Source: a virus
Taxonomy: Duplodnaviria; Caudoviricetes
DNA length: 64,000 nt
Reading direction: 5' to 3' (one strand)
IMG/VR virus record: IMGVR_UViG_3300010352_002811
Span: 30,444-94,443 of that record
The notes under the pieces are model-generated. The model had not been told where the DNA came from and ran no database searches. It saw only the letters and a list, made by a program, of their open reading frames with translations. Position 1 is the first letter of the stretch, and the number at the start of each line of letters is the position of its first letter. This document shows, piece by piece, positions 39,375 through 48,835 of the stretch. Position numbers and translations under genes: made by a program.

Positions 39375-39764
39375 GTGGCATTAAAGCTGTTTGATTATTG
39401 GACAAATTTAACAAGTAAGAAAATTCAATTAAATCAGGAATGCCGGGAGGATGTTAATGGTTATTCTCCTTATATGATAAATCGGCTGGCATCTATGATA
39501 AATCTTTACCTACCATTGGCTGCCGAAGCTGGTAAATATGATATTCCAAAAGATATTCATTACAATCTTTGGTTTAATTCTCTTCCGAAACGATACATAA
39601 AGTTCACATATCTAAAGAAAAGTAAGGAAGACGATTCGGAAGATGTTGAGAATAAAATTGCTGAGTATTATGAATCAGGAACAAGAGATACAAAAGTCAT
39701 CATGAACATGCTTTCAAAAGAACAAAAGAAAGAGATTTGTAAAAAATTTGGAGGCAGAGTATGA
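39375..39764 (+). CDS. 62: T4 gp62-like clamp loader small subunit
   Basis: LFDY..LT..K, YSPYMINR..S, LPKR...YLKK, IAEYY, LSKEQ..EI..GG. Confidence 0.75.
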   Translation: MALKLFDYWTNLTSKKIQLNQECREDVNGYSPYMINRLASMINLYLPLAAEAGKYDIPKDIHYNLWFNSLPKRYIKFTYLKKSKEDDSEDVENKIAEYYESGTRDTKVIMNMLSKEQKKEICKKFGGRV

Positions 39765-40300
39765 GTGACTTTTATCCAAGGAATCATTTCGTTCCATTGG
39801 TTACTAAAAATAGAGACGTTCTTGTTGGGTATCTGCGAGCAATGTCAATGTTCGATCTAGGTGATTCGATGTTTGATTATGTTCTTATCATGTCATCCGC
39901 CAGATTTAATGATATTCTTCCCGGAAATGTTCGTCGTAGGAACTTGACCATTGAAGAACAAATTCAAGCAATTGTTGATTATAGAGTCGCAATGTTCCTC
40001 CACGAAAACGAAGATGAAGAGAGTGAAGAAGATTTTGAAACAGAAGAACCATTCCTAAAACTTCACTGTGAATGTGGAAATTATCATGAGTTTGAAACAG
40101 AAGCAGACATCCCAAAGACTCCAATGGTTTGTGAAATGTGTGGTCGTCATTTAATAGATTACACAAATAAAGAAGATTCAGAGTTTATATATGATGGAGA
40201 CGAATCTAAAAACTTGGATTTTCATGAAGTTATGGAATTGATTTTTGGAGAACAGTTTGAAGATGATGATTTAGATGATGGTAAAGATGAAATTGAATAA
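39761..40300 (+). CDS. Acidic Zn-ribbon hypothetical protein
   Basis: CECG...CEMCG. Confidence 0.55.
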   Translation: MSDFYPRNHFVPLVTKNRDVLVGYLRAMSMFDLGDSMFDYVLIMSSARFNDILPGNVRRRNLTIEEQIQAIVDYRVAMFLHENEDEESEEDFETEEPFLKLHCECGNYHEFETEADIPKTPMVCEMCGRHLIDYTNKEDSEFIYDGDESKNLDFHEVMELIFGEQFEDDDLDDGKDEIE

Positions 40301-40308
40301 ATAATGAT

Positions 40309-42417
40309 ATGAGCAATTTTAATTCTTTTTATAACGATGGCGCGAACTTTTTGATTGAACAGTTTCTTTTGATTGAAGGAAAAGAAACAAACATTCTGAA
40401 TGGCCTTCTTGAGAAAAAGAAGCCCTTGAGATTTTCTAAAACAATGATTGATTTGGTTCAAGATTCTCCTGAAAAGATTAATACTGCTACTACATTTATC
40501 CCTGTATCTGATAAAATAGAAATGCCTCCAGAAAAATCTCCGGGTGTCACGTTATTTGTATCAAAAAAAATAATTAGAGAATCTGGAGACAAAAATCGTT
40601 ATACAACAAAAGGTTCTGATGCTCAAGCTAGAGGAATATTGATAGCTGAAGGTGATTATGATTTGACCCGAAAGAAAGTCCTAGCTCGTTTGAAAGGATG
40701 GGAGTCAATCACCTTGAAAAATGAGGACACTGGAACTGTTTTTGAATTCGTTGCCAAGGCGGGAACTTTAGAGAAATATGTCTATGGTGCTGGTTCAATT
40801 TCTGGAGAGACTAAAGAAATTGATTCCGAAACTGTGAAAAAAGCTGAGAGTGAATTTGAAAAGAAATTGACTGAACAGAATATCCCTACCGAAGCATGGA
40901 CTGGAGCACGACAAGAAGCAATTCAAGCAGTCGGTCTCGTTATTGATTCTGAAAAAATATTTGATAAGCTCCTTGGAATCCTTTATGGAACCGATGATGA
41001 GTTTGAAGATGTTGATTTTGATAAGGTTCATGAAGATAATAAGTTCAGAAAAGTTGTTCAGCCTTTGATTGATGCGATGAAGACCAATGACGCTTCGGAT
41101 GATTTGGAATATTTCATCAAGCAATCAAACAATGAAAAATTCCGGGTGATGGACTGGATTCAAATAGCTCGGTTGATGCTCGGAAGCTCAATGTTCTTCA
41201 AATCAATCGTTTCTAATAAAATCTCAAATCCGCACATTTTACACCAATCAATATCAGAATTTAGAAAACTAACTTCAAATGATGCTGAAGAATCTAACAA
41301 GCCATCAACTGCCGACGCCGCAATTTCCAATGTTCCGGCTGATAAATTGCTTGACCTGATTGAAAAAAACGAATTGACTCCAAATGAAGATGGCTCAATT
41401 ATCGTTGGTGAGAATCTAGCAACATTCTATCAAATCTCATTCAAACGTGACGCATCTTCTCAAATTGGCGCAGTTACGTCATTCATCGCGGCAAACTACA
41501 AACTTCAATCAAGAGAAGAAGCTGGAAAAGAACTTGGCGAATCTGTAATTGTTGAAGGTATCTTATCATCAATCAAGAAAGGCGCAGAACAGATAAAGAA
41601 TATTGGTAAAACTCTAATTACAAAAATTGTTGAGTTTGTTAAGAATAGTACAAAATGGTTTAGAAATTTCGTAGCTTCATTATCCTCAAATTCAAACAAG
41701 AACAAGAACAAATACGCTGTTGAGTTGTTTGGAAATATTCTCACTGAAGCCGAAACCTCTTATGATGAACTTGTTTCTAAATTTGATGCATTATCTGAAT
41801 CTGAGAAAATTGAATCAGCGAAAAACGCTATGAAAAAAATAAACGTTGTTCTAAAATCAATTGAAACAAAGATGAATAATGTCAGAAATTGCCGTGCGCT
41901 TATTGATTTCTTCACAGTTGATTCGGTTGGAAAAAACACATTCAATGCTCTTGTTGGAAATTATACAGTTGCGAAAACTCTTGAATCTATGATAACTGAA
42001 ATGAATGAACCTGAGAAAGTTATCAAAGGAATTACTGATATTCTCGCCCATGCTCTATTCGGAAAAACAAAACTTCCAATATATATCGTATACACTGCTG
42101 ATGGTGAAGGCGAAATAAAAGAACCTGCGTTGCTCTCTGAAAAATCCAAATTCAAATCAGAAAAAGTCAAATCAATCAGTTCGAATTTGAATGATGAAGT
42201 TCCTTTGATGTTTTTCTTAGCACGAGAAAATTCAAATCAAGAAAATGCTGGAACCTATCTCTACAAACTATACACATTATCAGAAATTATAAAAACTGAA
42301 AATGATATTGATTTCAAGATGATGGAATATAGAATCGATACAGGAAATCAAATTGTAATAAAAGCTACGACTGAAAAAACAATGGAACAAGTCTATTCAG
42401 TCATTTCAGGAATTTAA
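40309..42417 (+). CDS. Large tagged late protein with PD-(D/E)xK-like core
   Basis: TAAATA-N5-ATG; FNSFY..QFLLIEG; QE helix, STADAAI...YQISFK; internal IVEG and LTEA sites. Confidence 0.45.
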   Translation: MSNFNSFYNDGANFLIEQFLLIEGKETNILNGLLEKKKPLRFSKTMIDLVQDSPEKINTATTFIPVSDKIEMPPEKSPGVTLFVSKKIIRESGDKNRYTTKGSDAQARGILIAEGDYDLTRKKVLARLKGWESITLKNEDTGTVFEFVAKAGTLEKYVYGAGSISGETKEIDSETVKKAESEFEKKLTEQNIPTEAWTGARQEAIQAVGLVIDSEKIFDKLLGILYGTDDEFEDVDFDKVHEDNKFRKVVQPLIDAMKTNDASDDLEYFIKQSNNEKFRVMDWIQIARLMLGSSMFFKSIVSNKISNPHILHQSISEFRKLTSNDAEESNKPSTADAAISNVPADKLLDLIEKNELTPNEDGSIIVGENLATFYQISFKRDASSQIGAVTSFIAANYKLQSREEAGKELGESVIVEGILSSIKKGAEQIKNIGKTLITKIVEFVKNSTKWFRNFVASLSSNSNKNKNKYAVELFGNILTEAETSYDELVSKFDALSESEKIESAKNAMKKINVVLKSIETKMNNVRNCRALIDFFTVDSVGKNTFNALVGNYTVAKTLESMITEMNEPEKVIKGITDILAHALFGKTKLPIYIVYTADGEGEIKEPALLSEKSKFKSEKVKSISSNLNDEVPLMFFLARENSNQENAGTYLYKLYTLSEIIKTENDIDFKMMEYRIDTGNQIVIKATTEKTMEQVYSVISGI

Positions 42418-42440
42418 TTATCTACTCTGAAAGGTAAAAT

Positions 42441-43100
42441 ATGAAAACCGTGGTGCTCGTATCCGGAAAACTACAATCTGGTAAAAATACATTCGCAGAC
42501 ATTTGTATTGATATGCTTAAAAACAAATATTCTGTCTCATATGATTATTTCGCCAGATTGCTCAAAGAACGATGTAAAGAAGATTTCAAACCATTAGTCG
42601 ATTATGTAAATTCACTAAACCTGGAAGAACTTCACACGATTGGTGATAATTGGTTTGAAAATAAAAACAAGCTGACAAGAATCCTTTTACAAATTTATGG
42701 TACTGAAGTTTTCCGAAATAGAGTCGATCAAAATTATTGGGCGAATGAACTCGTTAAAAATATCAAAAATTCAAAAAGCGATATTATATTCGTGACAGAT
42801 GTAAGATTCCCGTCAGAAATAACAGCACTTGAAAATGAAATCATGAATGTTGTCAAAGTTAGAATAAACCGAACTCTTGATAGAACAGATGTTGTGAATG
42901 AACACGAATCTGAAAAAGCTCTAGATGATTATTCTAACTGGAACTATGTCTATCAAAATGACGGGACTCTTGAGCAATACCAAACATTTTGTAAACAAGT
43001 ATGCGAACATTTGATTGCGCTTCAAAATGAAACAAGTGAAAATAAGAAATTCCAAAATGAAACAAGACTCTATGAACAAATTGGTATGTTTCAAGAATAA
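42441..43100 (+). CDS. dNMP kinase (T4 gp1-like)
   Basis: SGKLQSGKNT, FA..LK, R.LLQ.YGTE.FR, VTDVRF..E, HESE. Confidence 0.88.
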   Translation: MKTVVLVSGKLQSGKNTFADICIDMLKNKYSVSYDYFARLLKERCKEDFKPLVDYVNSLNLEELHTIGDNWFENKNKLTRILLQIYGTEVFRNRVDQNYWANELVKNIKNSKSDIIFVTDVRFPSEITALENEIMNVVKVRINRTLDRTDVVNEHESEKALDDYSNWNYVYQNDGTLEQYQTFCKQVCEHLIALQNETSENKKFQNETRLYEQIGMFQE

Positions 43101-43163
43101 TTAATTGGCACGACGTTTGCTCTTATATGATGTGGCTTGAATGCCGTAATATAGGAGAAAATA

Positions 43164-43463
43164 ATGTTTAACTTTGATATTGAAACTGTTGATTATAAAG
43201 TTGTTGCGAATGATGAACGAACTGAACTTCTTGTTTATTTGCCAGGAGTTAGAAAAGAAGATGTTTCTGTTGAACTTGATTCTTATCTGACCGTCAAAGC
43301 AAAAAATAAAATCGGTTATTCTAAATGGTCGTTCGAAAAAAGTTGGAAGATTGGTGAGGGTGTTGATGTTGAAAAAATTTCATCTTCCTTGGTTGATGGA
43401 GTTCTTTCAATCACCCTCCCAGCAGCCGAATCTAACAAACCAAGAAAAATACGGGTTGACTAA
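43164..43463 (+). CDS. Small heat-shock protein Hsp20
   Basis: LPGV.KEDV.V, F..S, I.S.L.DGVL.ITLP, PRKI.V. Confidence 0.9.
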   Translation: MFNFDIETVDYKVVANDERTELLVYLPGVRKEDVSVELDSYLTVKAKNKIGYSKWSFEKSWKIGEGVDVEKISSSLVDGVLSITLPAAESNKPRKIRVD

Positions 43464-43484
43464 AATCTTCCAAATGACTATCTT
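43456..43484 (+). promoter_or_regulatory. Sigma70-type promoter with TCTTCCAA box
   Basis: TTGACT-17 nt (aaaaTCTTCCAAatgac)-TATCTT. Confidence 0.6.
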
Positions 43485-43487
43485 GGA

Positions 43488-43522
43488 GAATGGGTTGGGA
43501 ATCCTCAGCCCATTTCTTTTTT
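43488..43522 (+). terminator. Rho-independent terminator
   Basis: TGGGTTGGG-aat-CCTCAGCCCA then TTTCTTTTTT. Confidence 0.7.
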
Positions 43523-43544
43523 GGAGGAATTCCCTAACTGTGAT

Positions 43545-43808
43545 ATGAAAATTCAATTAAAAATATCAACAAATGCCTGGATTCATTCAATTCATACCAT
43601 TCAATACAATTCCAACGTTATTTCAATTAACATACGAAGAGGTGATGGAATATTTTGTCATGTTGGAATTACGGGCGTCAAAAAGATTCCGAGAATAGAT
43701 GGCTTGACAATAAAAGGATACCGAATAATTACAAAAATAAAACGAAAACATAGAGAATTCCAAAAAGAAACTAATAAAATGCTAAAATTAGTCAGGTTTG
43801 AAAATTAA
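43545..43808 (+). CDS. MK(I/V)-family small basic protein
   Basis: MKIQLKIS at ATG 43545. Confidence 0.55.
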   Translation: MKIQLKISTNAWIHSIHTIQYNSNVISINIRRGDGIFCHVGITGVKKIPRIDGLTIKGYRIITKIKRKHREFQKETNKMLKLVRFEN

Positions 43809-43816
43809 AGGAATGT

Positions 43817-44053
43817 ATGAAAATTGTAGCAAAAATTTCGGAGTTCGCAGAAGATATTAGAGGCTCTTTTGAATTTTCTGTTCAATCAAATACCGTAGAA
43901 GCTATACGAGTATATGATGATGAAAATATTGATTATAAGAAAGTTAGGAAATTTATAAAATCTGCGAGACTTGGAAAAATAGATTGGAAATTGGATGATG
44001 AGTTATATAATTCTGTAGTTATTCCAGAACATTTTTATAGAACTAATATATGA
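43817..44053 (+). CDS. MK(I/V)-family small protein
   Basis: MKIVAKIS; AAGGA SD. Confidence 0.55.
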   Translation: MKIVAKISEFAEDIRGSFEFSVQSNTVEAIRVYDDENIDYKKVRKFIKSARLGKIDWKLDDELYNSVVIPEHFYRTNI

Positions 44054-44271
44054 AAATACAATTAAAAATACAATTAAAAATAACTAAATCTAAGCTTGAT
44101 ATTTTTAATTTTATTGGAAAGACTATTCGTAAAACAACATTTGTAATAAGAGCATATCAGGAAAGTTGTTTTATAATGGATGAATCCTGGGTTAAAATGT
44201 CAAATTGGAAATCCTTACGTTATTACTCCAGAATAAATCATCTAAAACAGAAAATACTTAGACTAAAATGA
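44050..44271 (+). CDS. MK(I/V)-family small basic protein
   Basis: MKIQLKIQLKI (tag duplicated in tandem). Confidence 0.55.
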   Translation: MKIQLKIQLKITKSKLDIFNFIGKTIRKTTFVIRAYQESCFIMDESWVKMSNWKSLRYYSRINHLKQKILRLK

Positions 44272-44345
44272 AAATCTAATTAAAAGTTATGGATGAAGAT
44301 AATGAATATGCTGATTTTCGCATAAAATTGAAGATTCTGTTTTAA
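44268..44345 (+). pseudogene. Decayed MK(I/V)-family gene
   Basis: ATG AAA ATC TAA TTA AAA GTT = MKI*LKV, one base from MKIQLKV. Confidence 0.45.
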
Positions 44346-44360
44346 TAAGGATGTATAAAA

Positions 44361-45248
44361 ATGAACATTGAAGAACAACAATATTTGAACACTGTAAGAA
44401 ATATCATCAACAATGGATATGAACAAGATGATAGAACGGGAGTCGGAACATTCACAGATGTTGGTGTTCAGATGAAGTTCAATCTCAGAAATTCAACACT
44501 TCCATTGATGACTTCACGCAGAACTTTTTATAGAGGTGCGATTGAAGAACTCCTCTGGCTTCTTCGTGGTGAAACTGATATTACTTCATTGAAAGAAAAG
44601 AACATTCATATTTGGGATGGAAACACAACCAAAGAGTTTATTAAGAACCGAGGACTTGAAGGAATTGTACCGGAAAATTCTGTTGGAACTCTCTATGGTT
44701 TTCAATTTCGAAATTGGAATGGCGATTGGATTGAATGGAGAGACAATCATAACAGAACCGGAATCGATCAGTTGAAAAAGATTCTTGATTTGATGAAAAA
44801 TGACCCCGGAAGCAGAAGAATCCTCGCATCCAATTACAATGTCGGACAAACTCAAACAGGTGTCCTTGAACCTTGTCACGCATTATATTCATTCAATCTT
44901 GACGAAAAAAGAAAAGAACTTCATTCACTTCTTTGGATGAGGTCTGCTGATATGTTATGTGGAGTTCCGTTAAATATATTACATGTTAGTATTATGGCTC
45001 ACATCTTTTCAAAAATGATTGGGTATGAAGCAGCAACATTTACATTTCAAGCAGCCAACGCACATGTCTATAAAAATCATGTTCCCGATGCTTTGGTACA
45101 GATTGATAGAGAACCATTTGAATTCCCAAAGATTGACATTGTGAAAGATGTCAAAACGATTGAAGATATTGAAAGTTTGGCATTTGAAGATTTTAAGATT
45201 ACTGGATATAAGTATCACGAACCTATAAAGTATGAGATGGCAATATGA
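44361..45248 (+). CDS. td: Thymidylate synthase ThyA
   Basis: DRTGVGT, EELLW.LRG, IWD, YGFQFR, SRR, LEPCH, RSAD..GVPLN, HVY. Confidence 0.95.
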   Translation: MNIEEQQYLNTVRNIINNGYEQDDRTGVGTFTDVGVQMKFNLRNSTLPLMTSRRTFYRGAIEELLWLLRGETDITSLKEKNIHIWDGNTTKEFIKNRGLEGIVPENSVGTLYGFQFRNWNGDWIEWRDNHNRTGIDQLKKILDLMKNDPGSRRILASNYNVGQTQTGVLEPCHALYSFNLDEKRKELHSLLWMRSADMLCGVPLNILHVSIMAHIFSKMIGYEAATFTFQAANAHVYKNHVPDALVQIDREPFEFPKIDIVKDVKTIEDIESLAFEDFKITGYKYHEPIKYEMAI

Positions 45249-45490
45249 AAGTAAGATTAATAATTGTTGAACATGAATTTAATAAGGGAGATTATCAACT
45301 TATCGCGTCTTATAATATTCCTGGAAAAAATATGATAAATTTGTCAAACTGGCTCAAAGGATATGTTTATGCTATTAATGACAAAAACAATGTTCAGAGA
45401 ATTATAACATTTTCTTTTAATGATAATATAAGAACAGTTATAAAAACTGGTATCGTGCTTGATAAACTTAAAATCGAGACTATCCTATGA
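45245..45490 (+). CDS. MK(I/V)-family small protein
   Basis: MKVRLII; ATGA overlap; paralog of next ORF. Confidence 0.55.
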   Translation: MKVRLIIVEHEFNKGDYQLIASYNIPGKNMINLSNWLKGYVYAINDKNNVQRIITFSFNDNIRTVIKTGIVLDKLKIETIL

Positions 45491-45726
45491 AGATAATTTT
45501 CAATATTAAAAAAAACCCATATAATGATACAGATTATATTGTTATGAATTCTCGTAAAATTGAGACAGGCGGAACATGCATTTTTAATTTTACCCCATCT
45601 TACGGCGGATATGTCTCATTTGAAAGTTCTAAAAATTACATAATCTACAACTTCAATAACCATATCAGAGATGTTATGAAAACTTTTAGATTACATAGAA
45701 AATTAAATTTCAAAACGAGAATATAA
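45487..45726 (+). CDS. MK(I/V)-family small protein
   Basis: MKIIFNI; shares GYV..II..FN..IR.V.KT..L..KL with previous ORF. Confidence 0.55.
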   Translation: MKIIFNIKKNPYNDTDYIVMNSRKIETGGTCIFNFTPSYGGYVSFESSKNYIIYNFNNHIRDVMKTFRLHRKLNFKTRI

Positions 45727-45929
45727 TGAAAATACGATTAACCATAAGAAAATATGATAGCTCGTCATACATATTAAGAACTAACAAAACATTTAGAATA
45801 AAATCTTTAGATTGTAGAAAATTTAGAAATGTGATGAAGCTGGAACAAAAATATAATGATGTAATAAAAGAACTTGGATACTTGGGAAAACGATGTGAAA
45901 TAGAAAAACGTTCGGCAGGGGTATTATGA
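45726..45929 (+). CDS. MK(I/V)-family small basic protein
   Basis: MKIRLTI; TAATG overlap. Confidence 0.55.
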   Translation: MKIRLTIRKYDSSSYILRTNKTFRIKSLDCRKFRNVMKLEQKYNDVIKELGYLGKRCEIEKRSAGVL

Positions 45930-46120
45930 AAGTAAAAATGAAAATTGGCGCGGATTATTTCGGCACATTAAATGGTTTTTATTTTCATGATGCCGACTAT
46001 AGAAAACTAAGAACATTTTATCGTTACAAGTTTAAGTTAAATGAATTAAAAACATTGACGAAACAAGTTCAAACAGAATATAATGAGCTTACTAAGTATT
46101 TTATTACAGGACGGTTATGA
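45926..46120 (+). CDS. MK(I/V)-family small basic protein
   Basis: MKVKMKI; ATGA overlap. Confidence 0.55.
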   Translation: MKVKMKIGADYFGTLNGFYFHDADYRKLRTFYRYKFKLNELKTLTKQVQTEYNELTKYFITGRL

Positions 46121-46344
46121 TGAAAGTAAAATTCAGAATATATAAATATCCAAATCTTTTTAGACTTGAAGGAAATTATAGATACGAAAATGGTATTTAT
46201 ACAAATAGTATTCTTAATAATTTAAATCCAAAAGCATTGAGAGATGAAAATAGGAGCTTACTAAAAATAAAACAGTATGAGAATTTAATTGAACAAGAAG
46301 AATCTAAGTTAATTAAAAACCGGAAGCATTTATATGAAAGATAA
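46117..46344 (+). CDS. MK(I/V)-family small basic protein
   Basis: MMKVKFRI; ATGA overlap. Confidence 0.55.
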   Translation: MMKVKFRIYKYPNLFRLEGNYRYENGIYTNSILNNLNPKALRDENRSLLKIKQYENLIEQEESKLIKNRKHLYER

Positions 46345-46347
46345 TCT

Positions 46348-46536
46348 ATGAGCATTCCAAATTTCGAAACAATGACAGTAGACGAAGCGATAAAATATTG
46401 TTATCGTCATCAAAAAGATTATGATGGAGATGTTGGACGAAGGGAGTTTGATTGCCTGATTGCTATTTTAGAATCAGGAACTATCAAGCCATCTGAATTG
46501 CCTGATTATGGAATGGATTACAAAGATGAGCCATAA
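46348..46536 (+). CDS. Small acidic hypothetical protein
   Basis: ORF track; unrelated to flanking basic ORFs. Confidence 0.55.
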   Translation: MSIPNFETMTVDEAIKYCYRHQKDYDGDVGRREFDCLIAILESGTIKPSELPDYGMDYKDEP

Positions 46537-46681
46537 AGTCAGACTAAAATTTCATACTTATTGGTACGGCATGACGGAATACCATTATAAGTTTTATGGT
46601 TATTTCGAATCCATGAAAACTTGGGTCTCGAAAACAAAACCAACGAAGAGATTCTGGAAACTTAAAAATCGTTGGGGGTGA
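46526..46681 (+). CDS. MK(I/V)-family-like small basic protein (51 aa)
   Basis: Manual translation MSHKVRLKFHTYWYG...KRFWKLKNRWG. Confidence 0.45.
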   Translation: MSHKVRLKFHTYWYGMTEYHYKFYGYFESMKTWVSKTKPTKRFWKLKNRWG

Positions 46682-46767
46682 ATATGAAAGCGCAGATGAG
46701 GCTATATAAAACAATGTTACTCGTTATTGTTCATAGAATTCATAAATAGTTTCAAGAGGACTATTAT

Positions 46768-47643
46768 ATGAAATTTAGAGAATACCTTGAACAGTTTTTA
46801 TCAGAAGCAGAAGAACTAATTCCTGCTGAGTCTCAATTCAAATCAGAGACAGATTCTTCCGAGACGGTTGACGCGGTTGGGGAAGTTGGTGTTGAAATGG
46901 TTCCCGTGGCCGAAGTACCAAAAGATGCTGTAGATATTGAATCCGAATCTGCTGAGGCGAAATGGATTCTGAAAGGCGCAAGAACTCCAGAAGATGCTTG
47001 GGAAGAATACAACAAACACTATATCCCAAAACTCATGATGAATACTGTTGAGACTGCTGGTATTGGAAAAGGGCAGTTCTATACTTTGGGCATCACTTCT
47101 CTAAAATCCGGCAAGTTGGGAAATGCTGAAACTCACGATACTGAAAAAGATGATGAGAAACTTTCCCGAAGCAAGGAACGCGAAGCAAGAGCTAAAGCAT
47201 TCCTTTTGATTGGACAGTGCCGAGTGAAAGATATTGGTGTGATGGAAGGTTTTCATAAGCCATTCGTTCTCGGAGTTCGTATTAAACTAACCGGGGATTC
47301 TGTTAAAAAGAAGATTGGAACTTGGTTGGAAAAGAAGTTGTCCAAGCTAGATTCGTCAAAAAAGAAATTCAAGCACATCAAAACTATGACAAATGATTTT
47401 GACACAGTTCTTGGTGAAAATGAGTTCGCGGTTCCTGTTCACTGGATTCCAAGACTCAGAGAAGCAATTGAGAAGAACGTTTCCCGGAAGCACGTTGAGG
47501 CTGAGCAGGAAAAAGAAAAGGCTAAAGAATCTGGTGAGAAATATGTCGCTCCAAAATCTACCCACGTTGCTTTCGGAACTGAAGGACGCATTAAAGTTGG
47601 TGAGCGTCATTCAATAAAACTCCCTCCTCTCGGAAAACGATAA
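46768..47643 (+). CDS. Tagged late protein, probable head-internal protein
   Basis: TAAATA 46743 plus GAGGA SD; MKFREYLEQFLSEAEE; acidic N-terminus, basic C-terminus. Confidence 0.55.
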   Translation: MKFREYLEQFLSEAEELIPAESQFKSETDSSETVDAVGEVGVEMVPVAEVPKDAVDIESESAEAKWILKGARTPEDAWEEYNKHYIPKLMMNTVETAGIGKGQFYTLGITSLKSGKLGNAETHDTEKDDEKLSRSKEREARAKAFLLIGQCRVKDIGVMEGFHKPFVLGVRIKLTGDSVKKKIGTWLEKKLSKLDSSKKKFKHIKTMTNDFDTVLGENEFAVPVHWIPRLREAIEKNVSRKHVEAEQEKEKAKESGEKYVAPKSTHVAFGTEGRIKVGERHSIKLPPLGKR

Positions 47644-47654
47644 ACCTTCAAAAC

Positions 47655-47706
47655 AATCTTTGGAAGAATTTTTCATCTTGACAGGATTTCTTCCAAAGAT
47701 TATCAT
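47655..47706 (+). promoter_or_regulatory. Sigma70-type promoter enclosed by a perfect 14-bp inverted repeat
   Basis: AATCTTTGGAAGAA (47655-68) / TTCTTCCAAAGATT (47688-701); TTGACA 47678, 17-nt spacer, TATCAT 47701. Confidence 0.7.
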
Positions 47707-47765
47707 TTCTATAACGAATCCAAGAATTGTTCCAAACATCATTTCAAAATCCTGAAAATGCGAGC

Positions 47766-47794
47766 TTGACTTGGAAGAAAGATGAGGCTATACT
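47766..47794 (+). promoter_or_regulatory. Sigma70-type promoter with TTGGAAGA box
   Basis: TTGACT-tggaagaaagatgaggc(17)-TATACT. Confidence 0.8.
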
Positions 47795-47799
47795 TAAGC

Positions 47800-48813
47800 A
47801 TGAAGATGAAAGACGGCTTAGATTTATCTTACAACGACGTGCTAATTGACCCGAAGGTCTCGACCATTTCTTCCAGATTTGGTGTTGAAGTTAATCCATT
47901 TTACGAAGGGCATTCTCTACCAATCGTCTCTGCGCCAATGGATTCAATTTTCTCAAAGTCATTCGCATCATCTTGTTCGAATCGTTTGTTTGTTATCTTT
48001 TCTCACAGATTCCAAACGATTGAACAACAGATTACAGATATCACTAATGGAGCAAATGGAGCAGTAATTGGATTAAATTCTCCAGACGATGAGATTGAAC
48101 GCTATATAAATGCTGGAGCTAAACATATTTTGATTGATGTTGCGAATGGTGGAAATATTGCTGTCAGAGAAAAACTTAAGTCTATTCAAAAATATAGGAA
48201 TCAAGTTTTTCTTTGGGCTGGAAATGTGGCAAACGCGGAATGTTTCAATCTAATTAAGTTCTTCTGTGATTATATTCGCGTAGGAATTGCTTCAGGATTT
48301 GCTTGTTCTACAGCTACTAACACAGGTATCTCAAGAGGAATTATTTCATCTATTATTGATTGTCGAAATTCATACAACACGAGCCACCAACTTTCTGTTA
48401 AATCATCTGCGAAAATTGTTGCGGATGGTGGAATCAAGACTAATGGAGACATTTGTAAAGCGTTGGCGGCAGGAGCACATCTTATTATGATTGGAAAACT
48501 GTTCGCAGCATGTCCAGAATCAGGCGCTCCAGACAAATACGAAAATGGAATTTATTATAAGCGTTATCGTGGAATGGCTTCTGCTGAGGTAAACAAGACA
48601 TCCGGCAAGCAAAAATATTCTATTGAAGGAGAATCTGGTTGGGTTCTTCGTTTATCACCAGTATCAGAATTTTTGGACAATCTTGAATCAAATCTTAGAA
48701 GTTCAATGAGTTATGTTGACGCGCACAATCTCGAAGAATTCTATGACAAGACAACACTAGTCAAGATTTCACAAAGCGTCTTCTTGGAAAAACAAACCCA
48801 CTTCAACTCATAA
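47800..48813 (+). CDS. IMP dehydrogenase/GMP reductase family protein (no CBS domains)
   Basis: SYNDVLI.P, PIVSAPMD, IDVANG, AGNVA, RVGIASGFACST, VADGGIK..GDI.KALAAGA, YRGMAS, IEG, LRSSMSY. Confidence 0.88.
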   Translation: MKMKDGLDLSYNDVLIDPKVSTISSRFGVEVNPFYEGHSLPIVSAPMDSIFSKSFASSCSNRLFVIFSHRFQTIEQQITDITNGANGAVIGLNSPDDEIERYINAGAKHILIDVANGGNIAVREKLKSIQKYRNQVFLWAGNVANAECFNLIKFFCDYIRVGIASGFACSTATNTGISRGIISSIIDCRNSYNTSHQLSVKSSAKIVADGGIKTNGDICKALAAGAHLIMIGKLFAACPESGAPDKYENGIYYKRYRGMASAEVNKTSGKQKYSIEGESGWVLRLSPVSEFLDNLESNLRSSMSYVDAHNLEEFYDKTTLVKISQSVFLEKQTHFNS

Positions 48814-48835
48814 ATCTTCCAAATAAAACAAACAC

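Noticed and set aside
44361-45248. dCMP hydroxymethylase for DNA hypermodification
   Set aside because: Has canonical ThyA motifs including the dUMP-specifying Asn, and DHFR is present
43545-46749. Integron-like cassette array or DGR explaining the small ORFs
   Set aside because: No attC-like repeats between ORFs (they overlap directly), no template/variable repeat pair, no integrase or reverse transcriptase in the window
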